Positions 1-11,193 of a stretch of DNA of 64,000 nt are shown in pieces. Both the position numbers and the translations under genes were made by a program. Position 1 is the stretch's first letter. Every line of letters starts with the position of its first letter. The notes under the pieces are model-generated. The model made no database searches and was not told the DNA's origin. It saw nothing but the letters and a program-made list of their open reading frames with translations. Origin of the DNA: Octopus sinensis (Eukaryota); the NCBI RefSeq assembly GCF_006345805.1, contig NC_043001.1, positions 22,072,001-22,136,000 of the forward strand. The letters run 5' to 3'.

Positions 1-240
1 TCTCATTTATGATTGTGATATCACTTCTTGTGTCTAATTGCATTCTGACACTAATGTTTTCAATTCTCATATTCACGAATTTTCTGTTTGTTGAAGTTAC
101 AACATTCCTGTTGACAAACCCTTTTTATTTTTTCTTGTTTGTTCCATTTTTCTAACATTCTAGTTTTGCCGTGTGATTTTATGTCCTGTAAACCTGCAAT
201 GAAAACACTTTGCTTTTTTATATGGACAATCTTTTTTTAG

Positions 241-490
241 GTGCCGGTGGCACGTAAAAAGCACCATCTGATCGTGGCCGTTTGCCAGCCTCGTCTGGCA
301 CCTGTGCCGGTGGCACATAAAAAGCACCCACTACACTCATGGAGTGGTTGGTGTTAGGAAGGGCATCCAGCCGTAGAAACACTGCCAGATCAGACTGGGC
401 CTGGTGCAGCCTTCTGGCTTCCCAGACCCCAGTTGAACCGTCCAACCCATGCCAGCATGGAAAGCGGACACTAAACAATGATGATGATGA
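241..490 (+). mobile_element. RTE LINE 3' UTR copy inserted in the gypsy zinc knuckle
   Basis: gtgccggtggcacgtaaaaagcacc...gaagggcatccagccgtagaaac...aacccatgccagcatgg...(GAT)n, same as the 3' end of the LINE at 4515-4980. Confidence 0.85.
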
Positions 491-1139
491 TCCCACCACA
501 TGCCATACATGGGTCTACATCCCAATATTTTTTCTGTTTTTCCTGCAATACTTTATTTGTTTCTGACTTTTTTGCACTGGTCTTATTTGGAAATACTCTT
601 TCCATTGAATTTCTTCTGTGTCCTGCCTTAATTTTAATATCCTGTTACACTCTTCCGACAGTTTCTGCAATGTCAAATCCTGGTTCATTTCTAGTTTTGA
701 TAGAATTTTGGTTTGGATTTCTGCATCCCTTCTATCTGTCAATCCTTGTGCAAAAATCAACCACCTTAAAGAATCTGGAGTCAGCATATCCAGCCTAAAT
801 CCCTCACATTCTTTGTTGACTTGACCTGTGTAAGTAGTGAAGTCATCTTCGCTCTTTTCCATGTTTAAACGTTCCCATGTAGTATTAAACACTGAGCTCT
901 TTTCACTAAACATTTTGCACAAAATGTCAACTGTGCCAGGGAAATTTATGTCAGATGCTTTTCTTTGGCAATATGAAGTTACTATACTTCTAATGCTCTG
1001 CTGTCGCCAGTGTTCTTAAAACTAGATACGTTTTCATATCATCCACCCAATCCTGGCATTTTTTTCCAAACATTTGTTGAAATCTTCAAAAGTAAGCCTC
1101 GAAGGCTACTCCTTCATCAGGGTCATATTTGAATTCACA

Positions 1140-1192
1140 TAGGATTCCTGGCTTTCACCCAGGCGGCCCGGGTTCGATTCCCGGCATGGGAA
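1140..1192 (+). pseudogene. 5'-truncated tRNA-Glu(TTC) fragment
   Basis: Anticodon stem CCTGG/CCAGG with loop CTTTCAC (TTC at 1154-1156), T-arm CCGGG-TTCGATT-CCCGG, 3' acceptor strand CATGGGA plus discriminator A. The 5' acceptor strand and D-arm 5' half are absent. Confidence 0.85.
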
Positions 1193-1466
1193 CGTTATAC
1201 TGGCCGATGCCAGCGCTGCCTCGACTGGCTTCCATGCCGGTGGCACGTAAAATGCACCAATCCGATCATGGCCGTTTCCAGCCTCGCCTGGCATGTAAAA
1301 AGCACCCACTACACTCACGGAGTGGTTGGCGTTAGGAAGGGCATCCAGATGTAGAAACACTGCCAGATCAGACTGGAGCCTGGTGCAGCCTTCTGGCTTC
1401 CCAGATCCCCGGTTGAACTGTCCAACCCATGCTAGCATGGAGAACGGACGTTAAACGATGATGATG
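1193..1466 (+). mobile_element. RTE LINE 3' UTR copy fused to the tRNA-Glu fragment
   Basis: Same motif series and (GAT)n tail. Confidence 0.85.
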
Positions 1467-1722
1467 AATTTGCAACATGGTCAGGTGAAAATTTATTCTC
1501 CGGTTTGATTATCAACTCAAACTATCCCAGCTAACAAGTCTTCCATATTTCACAATTTTCATAAGTTTACGCAAGATTCTTGTTTCTTTTTTGTTGAGGT
1601 TTTTTAATTCTCTACACGAATTAGTTTAAACTCTCCATGTGAATGTTTCTTTTTTTTTTTTTTCCACTCCATGTTAATTAGTTTTTCCTTGTTGTCACTG
1701 TTCTAAGGTGGTCTTTTGCCAC

Positions 1723-2040
1723 TGTTGTATCTGTCTCTTGATGACAGTTGTCACTCTGACAGATATTGTTATATTCTGAAGTTGTTGATAGAATGCTTCT
1801 ATCTGGCTCTGTAATACAGTGTTATTATCTTCAAAGGTTGGATTGTTATAACGTCCACTCAGTATCACAGTATAATTACTGTATCAGCACAGACACGACT
1901 GTCAACACAGTTTTCTCATACTCTCAACCTTCAATCTTCTGACCTTCTCTTGACTGGCTACGGGTCTATTTATAAAGGCTGGCCACTCCCACTTTTTACC
2001 AGGAGGCACCTACAGTTTCACTATAAATTTGAAGGGTATC
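1723..2040 (-). mobile_element. Possible 5' LTR of the gypsy relic
   Basis: Lies upstream of gag on minus; TATAAATA at 1974-1967; ends ...ATACAACA followed by PBS-like GTGGC. No second LTR in the window to confirm. Confidence 0.3.
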
Positions 2041-2513
2041 CAACTGTGGATGACTCATCAGATCATGTCAAAACCATCTAACCCATGCCAGCATGGAACA
2101 CGAATGTTAAATGATGATTGTGTTTGTACCCTCCCCATCAATTGACAACCAGTGTTGGTTTGTTTATGTCCCCAGATTTGTGGTTCAACAAACGTGACTG
2201 ACAGAATAAGTACTAGACTTAAAAAAACAAGTCCTGGGTTTGAATTGTTTGACTAAATCCCTTCAAGGCAATGCCCTCAGCATGGTTGCAATCCAATGAA
2301 TGAAACCGGTAAAAGATGGACACCTCTCTCAACCTGTGTAAGCATTGAAAAACAGATCTTAAAACAGTGAAGATCAGGCGTAAATAAAAGCATGCTAGCC
2401 ATGCTTTAATCTCTTGATAAGCCAACTTTATCTTCAGGTTGATTCAGTCAAAGTAATTTCTTACAAAATGTTTGACCATATAATGTAAGAAGTTATTATT
2501 GTTCAATATAATT

Positions 2514-2676
2514 CAAGGTGCAGACATGGCTGTATGGTTTGAAACTTGCTTCCCAACTACATGGTTCCAGGTTCAGTCCTACTGTGTGGCATCTTGGGCA
2601 GGTGTCGTCTACTGTAGCCTCGGGCCAGCCAAAACTTTGTGAATGGATTTTGGTAGATGGAAACTGAAGGAAGCCC

Positions 2677-2731
<55 letters not shown>

Positions 2732-2950
2732 TGTGTGTGTGTGTGTCTATGTCGATGTTCATCCCCCATCACCACTTGGTGACCAGTGTTGGTGTGTTTA
2801 CATCCCCAGAAGTTTGGCAGAAGAGACCAATTGAATAAGAACCAACCTTAAAAAAAAAGACAAAACGTATTGGTATTGATTCATTCAACTGAAAATTCAA
2901 AGCATTGCTCCAGCATAGCCAGTCTAATAACTGAAACCAGTAAAAGATAT
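2514..2950 (+). mobile_element. tRNA-derived SINE family A (head ggctgtgtggtaag..gggttcagtccc, core gtggcaccttgggcaagtgtctt, internal (TG)n, tail aaacaagtaaaagag)
   Basis: A/B-box-like head and recurrent body. Other copies at ~2115-2310(-), 9295-9780(+), 24185-24530(-), 34000-34790(+), 40715-41060(+), 46590-47320(-), 54505-54898(-), 56800-57085(-), 59015-59450(+), 61232-61697 and 63545-63945(+). Confidence 0.85.
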
Positions 2951-3051
2951 GCTAACTTTATCTTCAGATTGATTCAGTCAAAGTAATTTCCTACAAAATT
3001 CGTGACCATATAATGTGAGAAATCATTATTGTTTAATATAATTAGAATTCT

Positions 3052-3469
3052 TATTTCTTTATTGCCCACAAGGGGCTAAACATAGAGGGGACAAACAAGG
3101 ACAGACAAATGGATTAAGTTGATTACATTGACTCCAGTGCGTAACTGGTACTTATTTATTCGACCTCGAAAGGATGAAAGACTAAGTCGACCTCGGCGGA
3201 ATTTGAACTCAGAATGTAAAGACAGATGAAATACCTATTTCTTTACTACCCACAAGGGGCTAAATGCAGAGGACAAACACGGACAGACAAATGGATTAAG
3301 TCGATTATATTGACCACAGTGCGTAACTGGTACTTATTTAATTGACCCTGAAAGGATGAAAGGCAAAGTCGACCTCAGCGGAATTTGAACTCAGAACGTA
3401 GCGGCAGACGAGATACCGCTTGGCATTTCGCCTGGCATGCTAACAGTTCTGCCAGCTCGCTCGCCTTAT
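3052..3469 (-). mobile_element. tRNA-derived SINE family B, head-to-tail dimer with 18-bp TSD
   Basis: Head ggcgagctggcagaa..gagttcaaattcc, core gactttgcctttcatcctttcggggtcga, tail gtaaagaaat; TSD taatataattagaattct at 3034-3051 and 3470-3487. Confidence 0.85.
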
Positions 3470-3674
3470 TAATATAATTAGAATTCTATTAATAACTCCT
3501 TTGACTACTGTACTTTTGTCATCCTCTCTCTCTCTTTTACTGCACCAAATTATCATTTTCACCAGTTGCACTCTTGTGTCTTTTCAGAAGTGACTGTAAT
3601 TTGACATTTTGTTAGTTTTGTTGTTTTTCACTTATAATTACTGAAAAAACATTTTTGTTGTTTCTATTTTACAG

Positions 3675-3761
3675 AGCATGAGATTAAAAATAATAGCTGC
3701 AACAGGAACTGTTGAAAGACGGTTTAGCAGTTGGATTGGTGGATCAATTCTTGCCTCTCTG
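3675..3761 (+). CDS. ACTL6A: Actin-like protein 6A (BAF53/ARP4), penultimate coding exon
   Basis: ttttacAG|AGCATG...TCTCTG|GTATGT; 87 nt, phase 0/0; [29 protein letters not shown] matches the ACTL6/BAF53 C-terminal region ([26 protein letters not shown]). Confidence 0.95.
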
Positions 3762-3947
3762 GTATGTAATTTTTAAATGTTATCTTTCATTTTTACATTG
3801 TCTTTATCAGTATTTTATGGATACTTAAATGTTACAGCTAAGACAGAAGAATATTTTCAGTGATTTTAAGATGCAGTCCTTATGTCTGAGAAAGAATAAC
3901 ATCACTGATTGATCTAGGGTCTGCTTTAGAAGGTTCAAGTTAAATTG

Positions 3948-4360
3948 AAGCACCTTCCGTTCGTGGCCGCTGCCAGTCTCGCCTGGCCCCCGTGCCGGTG
4001 GCACATAAAAGCTCCATCCGTTCGTGGCTGTTGCCAGCCTTGCCTGGCCCCCGTGCCGGTGGCACATAAAAAGCACCATCCGATCGTGGCCGTTTGCCAG
4101 CTCTGTCTGGCACCTGTGCAGATGGCACATAAAAAGCACCATCCGATCGTGGCCGTTTGCCAGCTCTGTCTGGCACCTGTGCGGATGGCACATAAAAAGC
4201 ACCCACTACACTCAGAGTGGTTGGCGTTAGGAAGGGCATCCAGCCGTAGAAAGACTGCCAGATCAGACTGGGCCTGATGCAGCCTTCTGGCTTCACAGAC
4301 CCCAGTTGAACCGTCCAACCCATGCTAGCATGGAAAGCGGACGCTAAATGATGATGATGA
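3948..4360 (+). mobile_element. RTE LINE 3' UTR copy with ~4 internal ~60-bp tandem units
   Basis: Repeated aaagcaccatccgatcgtggccgtt..gtggcacata units, then the standard tail. Confidence 0.85.
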
Positions 4361-4514
4361 AAACAGACAGGAATAGGGTTTTGAGAATCAGCTCTGTTCA
4401 GGAAGGACTTGAAATAATATTAAAATTTTTAAAATAAAAGTGATGTGCTTTATTTGTCTTGGATAGCAAAATGTTATAGCAGTGAAGTACAAAGAGGATA
4501 TATATAAATATATA

Positions 4515-7500
4515 TATCATCTTGAACATCATTTAACATCCATTGTCCATACTGGCACACAAGTTGGCTGGTTTGACTGGGGCTGGCAAGCTGGAAGGCT
4601 GCACCAGATTCCAGTCTGATTTGGCATGGTTTTCTATAGCTGGATGCCCTTCCTAATGCCAACCACCCCGAGAGTGTAATGGGTGCTTTTACACGCTATT
4701 GACACAGGTGCCATTTGCGTGACACCGGTATCTGCCATGACTGCAATTTTGCTTGGCTTGATGGGGCTTCTTCTCAAGCACGACATAATGCCAAAGGTCT
4801 CTGTTATTGCTTCTGTGAGGTCCAACATTCGAAAGGAAATCACCCACATTGCTTCTGTGAGGCCCAGTGCTCAAAAGGTGTTCTTTACATGCCACCGGCA
4901 CGGGTACCAGTTACATGACACCAGCATCAGCCACGATTATGATTTCACATGGCTTGATGGGTCTTCTCAAGCGCAGCATATCGTCAAAGGTCTCAGTCAC
5001 TAGTCATTGCCTCTTTGAGGCTCAAAGTTCAAAGATCATGCTTCACCACCTTGTCCCATGTCTTCCTGGGTCTACTTCTACCACAGGTTCCCTCCACCAT
5101 TAGAGTGCTTCTTCACACAGCTGTCCTCATCCATATGATTCATATGACTATACCAGTGCTGCTGCCTCTCTTGCACACCACATCAGATGCCTCTTATGCC
5201 CAACTTTTCTTTCAGGATGCTTACACTCTGTCGAACATGCACGCTGATATTGCACATCCAGCAAAGCATACTGGCTTCATTTCTTTCAAATCTACAAATG
5301 TCCTTGGCTGTCACAACCCATGTTTCACTACCATGTAGCATAGCTGTTTGCACACAGGCATCATACAATCTGCCTTTCACTCTGAGAGAGGCACTTTGTT
5401 GCCAGCAGAGGTAGGAGCTCTCTGAACTTTGCCCAGCTTAATCTTATTCTCACAGCTATACTCTCGGACCATTCACCTCTGCTACTAACTTGGTCACCTA
5501 GATAACGGAAGCTATTTACTACCACTTTGGTTTTTGCTTGGTTAATGACTATCATGAGCAAGAGGAGACTAGGCACCAATCCTTGGTGGACCCCTACTTG
5601 TACACTGAATTCTTTGCTGTACTCATTGCCAACCCTCACCTTACAGGTAGCATCCCTGTATATATCCTGTAGTGCTCTCACAAACCGCCCATCTATCCCT
5701 TGTTTCTGCATTGACCACCAGATAAGGGATCAGGGGGTTCTGTCAAAGGCTTTCTCCAAGTCAACAAAAGCCAAGTACTGAGGTTTATCTTTGGCAATGT
5801 ATTTCGCCTGCAGCTGCCTTACCAGAAATATAGCATCAGTGGTGCTTCTCCCTGGCACAAGACCAAACTGCATCTCATCTAGGCTAAGCTTCTCCCTAAT
5901 TAGTTGGGCTATGATGCTCTCCATAACTTTCATCATCTGATCCAACAATTTTGTATCTCTGCAATTATTTCTAAGGTATCACCTTTTTTTTTTTGTAGCA
6001 GTTGACTATGGTGTTGCTACACCAGTCATTGGGTATGATTCCTTCATGAGCCATCTGATTTACAATATGGATGACTAGACCATAACCCACACCACCAGAT
6101 ATTTTAAGCATCTCAACAGTGATTCCTGATGGGCCAGGGGCTTTCCCTGTCTTGATATCCTTAATTGCTTTATCTACCAAGGTACTGTCAATTCAGGTTG
6201 CTGGTCCCTCAATTGGGTCAACATTTGGCAGACTTTCTTCCTCCCATTCATTCTCCATGTTCAGCAGTCTTTCATAAAGGCATTTCTTTGCAAAATCATT
6301 AAATACAAGTGCACCATTATTCATGCAAACCACGTTTCTCTCCTATGACATCACGATTTTCTCTCACACTCTATCTTGCAATCTGAAACACTTCAGTTCT
6401 TTAGTCCTCATGTCGCTGAATATAGGCAAACTTCTTTTCTGCTTCTCCCTTGGCTAGATATACCTGTCTCCTAACTTCCCTTCTGGCAATCTGATACAGC
6501 TCTTTGCTACCCCCATTCTTCCAGGCCTGTTTCTTTACTCTAATGGCCCTGTCTACTGCATCATTCCACCACCCTACGTCTTGATGGGACTTTGCACCAG
6601 CTGCAGATTTGGTCTGTGGCACTCAGCAAGCTGTTCCACAGGAATTCCCAGTTGTCCTCTATGTCACAAGCTCGTAGCTCCTCCCCACTCATCAAATTTC
6701 TCAATTAGGATGTCACTAAATCTTTGACCATATGAAGGGTCTTTAAACTTCCAAATCCTTCTTTTCCAGATTGGTCTGCTACTTGGCATCCTTCTGGTCT
6801 GGTGTCTAAAATCACTAATGACTAGTCTATGCTGGGGGGTGCATTCTTCATCAGGGAGGGTCTTTGTATTTAAGAGCGACCAGGTATCTTGCTGTCTGGT
6901 GAGAATGTAATCAATCTGGCTAGCACAGTCACTTGATTGGTAGGTTATCAGGTGGTTGGCTGGCTTCCTGAAGTTGGTGTTGCAGATCAATAGGTTATTT
7001 GCATCACAGAACTCCAGTAGCCTTGTTCCCTCTTCATTTCAGTCCCATGGACACCATGTAAGATACCAGGCTGCCGCCTGACATGCCCATTGAAACCTCC
7101 AACCACGAGGTGGCCTGCAGAAGAATATCATAAAAGTGGTCCTTCTGTTCATTTGGTAGGCTCGCTTGTGGGGCATAGGCAAAGATAATTGTTACTATAT
7201 TATTCTGCAAGACTAGCCTGAGCTTAAGCACTCTGTTGCATACTCTGATTACCTCTATGACCGTATCCATCCATTTCTTAGCAAGTAGTATGCCCACACC
7301 ACCTACCCTGTCGTTGTTACCTTCCCAAAAGATTTTATACCTATGTGTCTTGCCTGTGAGGAATCTGGCTGAAGCTCCTCACCACCTTACCTCTTGGATG
7401 CAGCATACATCAACATGCCTCTGTTCAAGTATCTCAACAATCTCACTAGACTTACCTTTCAATGTGACTACATTGACAGTGCCAACTGAGTAAGGGACAT

Positions 7501-7620
7501 GGGAGGGAACATGGGAAAGAGGAGTGATGGTATTCAGCACCTGAAAAGGTTTCACTGATCGCTTGATAACAGACATGTCACATCAGTTGTTCTCACTTTA
7601 ACCTACCGTCATTCAAACAT
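4515..7620 (-). mobile_element. Near full-length, degenerate RTE-clade LINE (APE endonuclease + RT) in the ACTL6A intron
   Basis: VGTVNVVTL..DVCCIQEVRW, AYAPQ, SQIDYIL (APE); DEMQFGLVPGRSTTDAIFLVRQL..AFVDLEKAFDR, VGVHQG, SFRYLG, MLHGSETW (RT); 3' UTR ends in an aaatgatg tail. Multiple stops and frameshifts. Confidence 0.93.
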
Positions 7621-7714
7621 GTTAAAATTGTTGCTCCTACTGGGGGTGAATGTAATGTAAGCATTGTAAGTATAAGTGTTATTAGCATAGTAAATATAAG
7701 TGTTACTGCTTTAA

Positions 7715-7945
7715 GTAAAAGATCCATCAAGCCAAGTGAAATTATAGTTGTGGTAGATACTGGTGTCATACAACTGGCACATAAAAGTACCCATTATACT
7801 CTCAGAGCATGTTGGTGTTAGGAAGGGCATCCAGCCGTGGAAACTATGCTAAGTCAAACTGGAATCTGGTGCTGCCCCTCAGCATACCAGCCCTAGTCAA
7901 ACCATCCAACCCATGCCAGCATGGACAATGGACATTAAATGATGA
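7715..7945 (+). mobile_element. RTE LINE 3' fragment (ORF end + 3' UTR), inverted relative to the adjacent LINE
   Basis: agatccatcaagccaagtgaaatt (ORF end) ...gaagggcatccagccg...aaatgatgat. Confidence 0.8.
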
Positions 7946-9452
7946 TATATACATATACAGTAGAACAAAATATAGACAAACTTGTTCGTAGTTTATGTTA
8001 TAACATCAACTTGACCATAGCCAAGTCTTATTTATGCATCCTCCATCCCTTCACTTAACATTGGAATTAGTTTAGGCACTTGGTTTATTCTGAGCAATCA
8101 TTTTGTGTACCTGTTATTTATATGCCCTTTGACATCTTCTTACCTGCACATATCTCCAAGAGAAGAATAAAATGGGATTTAGTTTGCCTTTTTATTATCG
8201 TAAAACATCATAAATTATGTAATCTTTACACATATTTCACTAGCAAATACTTGTATGTCGTACAGTAATTATGTAGATGATTGAATAACATTGAAACACT
8301 TGGATCTTCCAAGTAACTGAGGTTGGTAAATAACAATAGATTTAATTACTATTTTCTTTTGAAGATCTGACATCTCGTTGTGATTATGCAGTCATCTACA
8401 TAACAATTACTGCACAAGAGTAGTATTCACTCATGAAACACATGTAAAGATTATGTAATTTATGATGTTGTAATAAACAAGCCAAATCTCCTGTTTTTTT
8501 CTGCTCCCAGATATACACTCTAAATTATTCTAATGTATATAAGTACCGGAAGAAAATCAGATGACAAATTATGCTTAATACCTGATTGGAATTTGGCTAT
8601 ACATGGATTTACATGGAGTTCTAAGCATTGATTAACCATTATGCTATCTCATTCAAAATAACAATTCTTCAAGATGTGTGTGTGTTTGAGAATGGAAATA
8701 AAAAAGATAGTGAAGGATTTCAATAAGAAATGATTTGCTCAATTAGTGGCAACATGCCAATAATTGAAGGAAATATCCCGTCCCAGATAATGAGAGCAGT
8801 TCTTCATTCATGTTTACTAGAGGCAACATATACTTCGAAGGAATATTTTTTGGCAACGAAGGGGAAAAACTATTTTTGATGCATGTTTTAGCGATGTTAA
8901 GAATATTAGAATTTTGGTTAATGAGACAAGAGTCTTTGTTTCTTGTGAATTTTGCCTTTTTTTGTTTTTTGTTTTTATTATATATCTTGTGGAGTAACCA
9001 AGGACAACTAGTTAATGTAAACTGGGTTTATGAAATTGGGAATTGTTGAAAGCAGATGAGCTTATGATGTCATCTTTTTTATTGAGTGGATTGAGAAACT
9101 GTATCTGACATAGATGGATGGGTAGGGTATGACTGAGAAGGAAGACTTCATGCTGTATTTTTTTTCCATATGATTCATAAAAATCATATTTACTCTAAGA
9201 TTTTGCATCATATCATACATTACTGGGGCTCCTGGTGAAGAAGAGATTTATGGTGTTGCAAGGGACAACTAATTAATTATCTCCATCAATTAAGTGCAGG
9301 AGTGGCTATGTAGTTAAAAAGCTTGTGTTCAAGCCATGTGGTCTTGAGTCTAACCCTGTAATACAACACTTCGCACAAGTGTCTTTTACTATAGTCCCAG
9401 GCTGACTAAAGTCTTGTGAGTGGATTTGATAGACAAACTGAAAGAAGCTTCT

Positions 9453-9656
9453 TATTTCTTTACTGCCCACAAGGGGCTACACACAGAGGGGACAAACGGA
9501 TTAAGTCGATTATATTGACCCCAGTGCATAACTGGTACTTATTTAATCAACCAAAAGGATGAAAGGCAAAGTCAACCTCAGCGGAATTTGAACTCAGAAC
9601 GTAGCGGCAGGCGAAATACCGCTAAGCATTTCACCCGGTGTGCTAACATTTCTGCC
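9453..9656 (-). mobile_element. SINE family B nested in SINE family A
   Basis: 17-bp TSD aactgaaagaagcttct at 9436-9452 and 9657-9673. Confidence 0.85.
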
Positions 9657-10928
9657 AACTGAAAGAAGCTTCTGTGTATGTGTTTGTGCCCCTCATATTG
9701 TAAATAAACATCACCATTGTACAATTAATGTTTTTCCAGTTTTCTGTAAAACAAATTAAAAAAAAAAAACATTTGACCATAGGAAAGTATTATCTTGCTT
9801 AGAAACAAGTTAAGGTTGGCAACAGGAAGGGCATTCAGCTGTGTAGAAAAGCTGCTTCAATAATTTCTGTTTGACCCATTCAAGCATAGAAAAGATGTTA
9901 ATATGAGTGTCACCAGTTAAGAAATAGTGGCCAACAGTTTGTGAATCTTCTTTTCTTAATATGTTAAGCAGTGAGTTTGCATACTGGAGCCAAATGGTTG
10001 GTGACATTTTGTCTGTCTTTACACTGAGTTCAAACTCCACCAAAGTCAACTTTGCATTTCATCCATTCGGACATTGATAAAATAAGTACCGATTAAACAC
10101 CTGGATCAATGTAATTGACTTACCCCTCCCCCAAACTCACTGGGCTTGTGCCCGGTATCACATAATAAGCACTTGTGCTGGTGGCATGTTAAAAGCACCC
10201 ACTGTAAAGGGGTTGGTGTTTTAGGAAGGGAATCCAACCACAGAAACCAAGCAGACCAGACTAGAACCTACTGCATGGCCAAAGTAAAACGGTTTGTGCT
10301 CTTTGGTAAGTTTTCACAATAACTTGACTTTTTCTTGTGCAAAGGATGATGATGATAGCCCATTCTGCAACATTAATGTTGCCATAGCCATCTCGATCAG
10401 ATAGAAGAAAAGATTATCAATCATGCTACACACCAATGTAGAAAAAGATTTTTTGTTTTGATAATCACTGAAGGATTTTAATTAAAAAATTTTTTTTGCC
10501 CTCTTGGGTCTTCAGGTTTTGCTAATCTAATGACGTAACATTCCTTGAGAAACTCTTTACATACAATGTTTTATGGTTCCTTGAAGAGGTAGGGGACATA
10601 TGCTTTTGTGTTAGATCATCTATTTTTTTTTTTTAATTCTTTGCTTGTCCAAAACATTCTTGTTTGTTTTTAGTTGTTTCATATTTTCTATAAAGTTTTC
10701 CTTTTTGTAAGTCCCAAGTTACCCTAGTTGTTGAAAAAAAAAATGGGAATCATCTACGATGCACGGATGCCATTGAAAGATATCCTGTGTATTACATACG
10801 ATACACAGGCACAGTAAAGTGTTACAAAATGCACTGACCACTAAAAAGGGTGGTTCAACCATTCTAGAGAAAAGACGTAATGGTGACTATAAAAACATTA
10901 CTGATTTCAAAGTGTTGCTCTTTTGCAG

Positions 10929-11009
10929 GGTTCCTTTCAACAGATGTGGATTTCCAAGCAGGAGTACGAAGAAGGAGGGAAGGGCTGTGTGGAACGCAAG
11001 TGTCCATGA
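10929..11009 (+). CDS. ACTL6A: Actin-like protein 6A (BAF53/ARP4), last coding exon
   Basis: Branch-point-like tactgat at 10899-10905, then ttttgcAG|GGTTCC; [26 protein letters not shown] is the typical ACTL6 C-terminus, in frame with the previous exon across a 7167-nt intron. Confidence 0.96.
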   Translation, partial: GSFQQMWISKQEYEEGGKGCVERKCP

Positions 11010-11187
11010 GCCATACCAGACTCTTGCCTTTAAGTCTTCTGCTCATATCTGTAGCAGTGGCAGGAATATTGATGACACCTCAAGGATCGGTTACTTTGCC
11101 TCTATTAAGAAATGTCATTAAAATAACCATCATTCAAATCACTATACCACCTTTCATTCATCGACTAGATATATATACATGTGATGT

Positions 11188-11193
11188 AATAAA
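11188..11193 (+). terminator. Candidate polyadenylation signal of ACTL6A (alternative at 11424-11429)
   Basis: First AATAAA after the stop codon, followed by U-rich sequence; a second AATAAA at 11424 has a GU-rich tract downstream. Confidence 0.5.

Larger units (their letters stand above)
1..1640 (-). mobile_element. Degenerate Ty3/gypsy LTR retrotransposon: gag with two zinc knuckles and start of aspartic protease
   Basis: Minus-strand translation, skipping two insertions: SPDHVANS|xCEFKYDPDEGVAFEAYF*RF...ILPKK...LRWLIFAQGL..DAEIQTKILSKLE..LTLQKLSEECNRIL; CMACGGI|HLKKDC and CFHCRFTGHK knuckles; RKFVNMRIENISVRMQLDTRSDITII (DTG site mutated to DTR). Stops and frameshifts present. Confidence 0.85.

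Noticed and set aside
3825-4323. Recurrent ORFs such as LDALPNANH..VVGAFYVPPA appearing to form a gene family
   Set aside because: Translations of the non-coding RTE 3' UTR, present on both strands many times.
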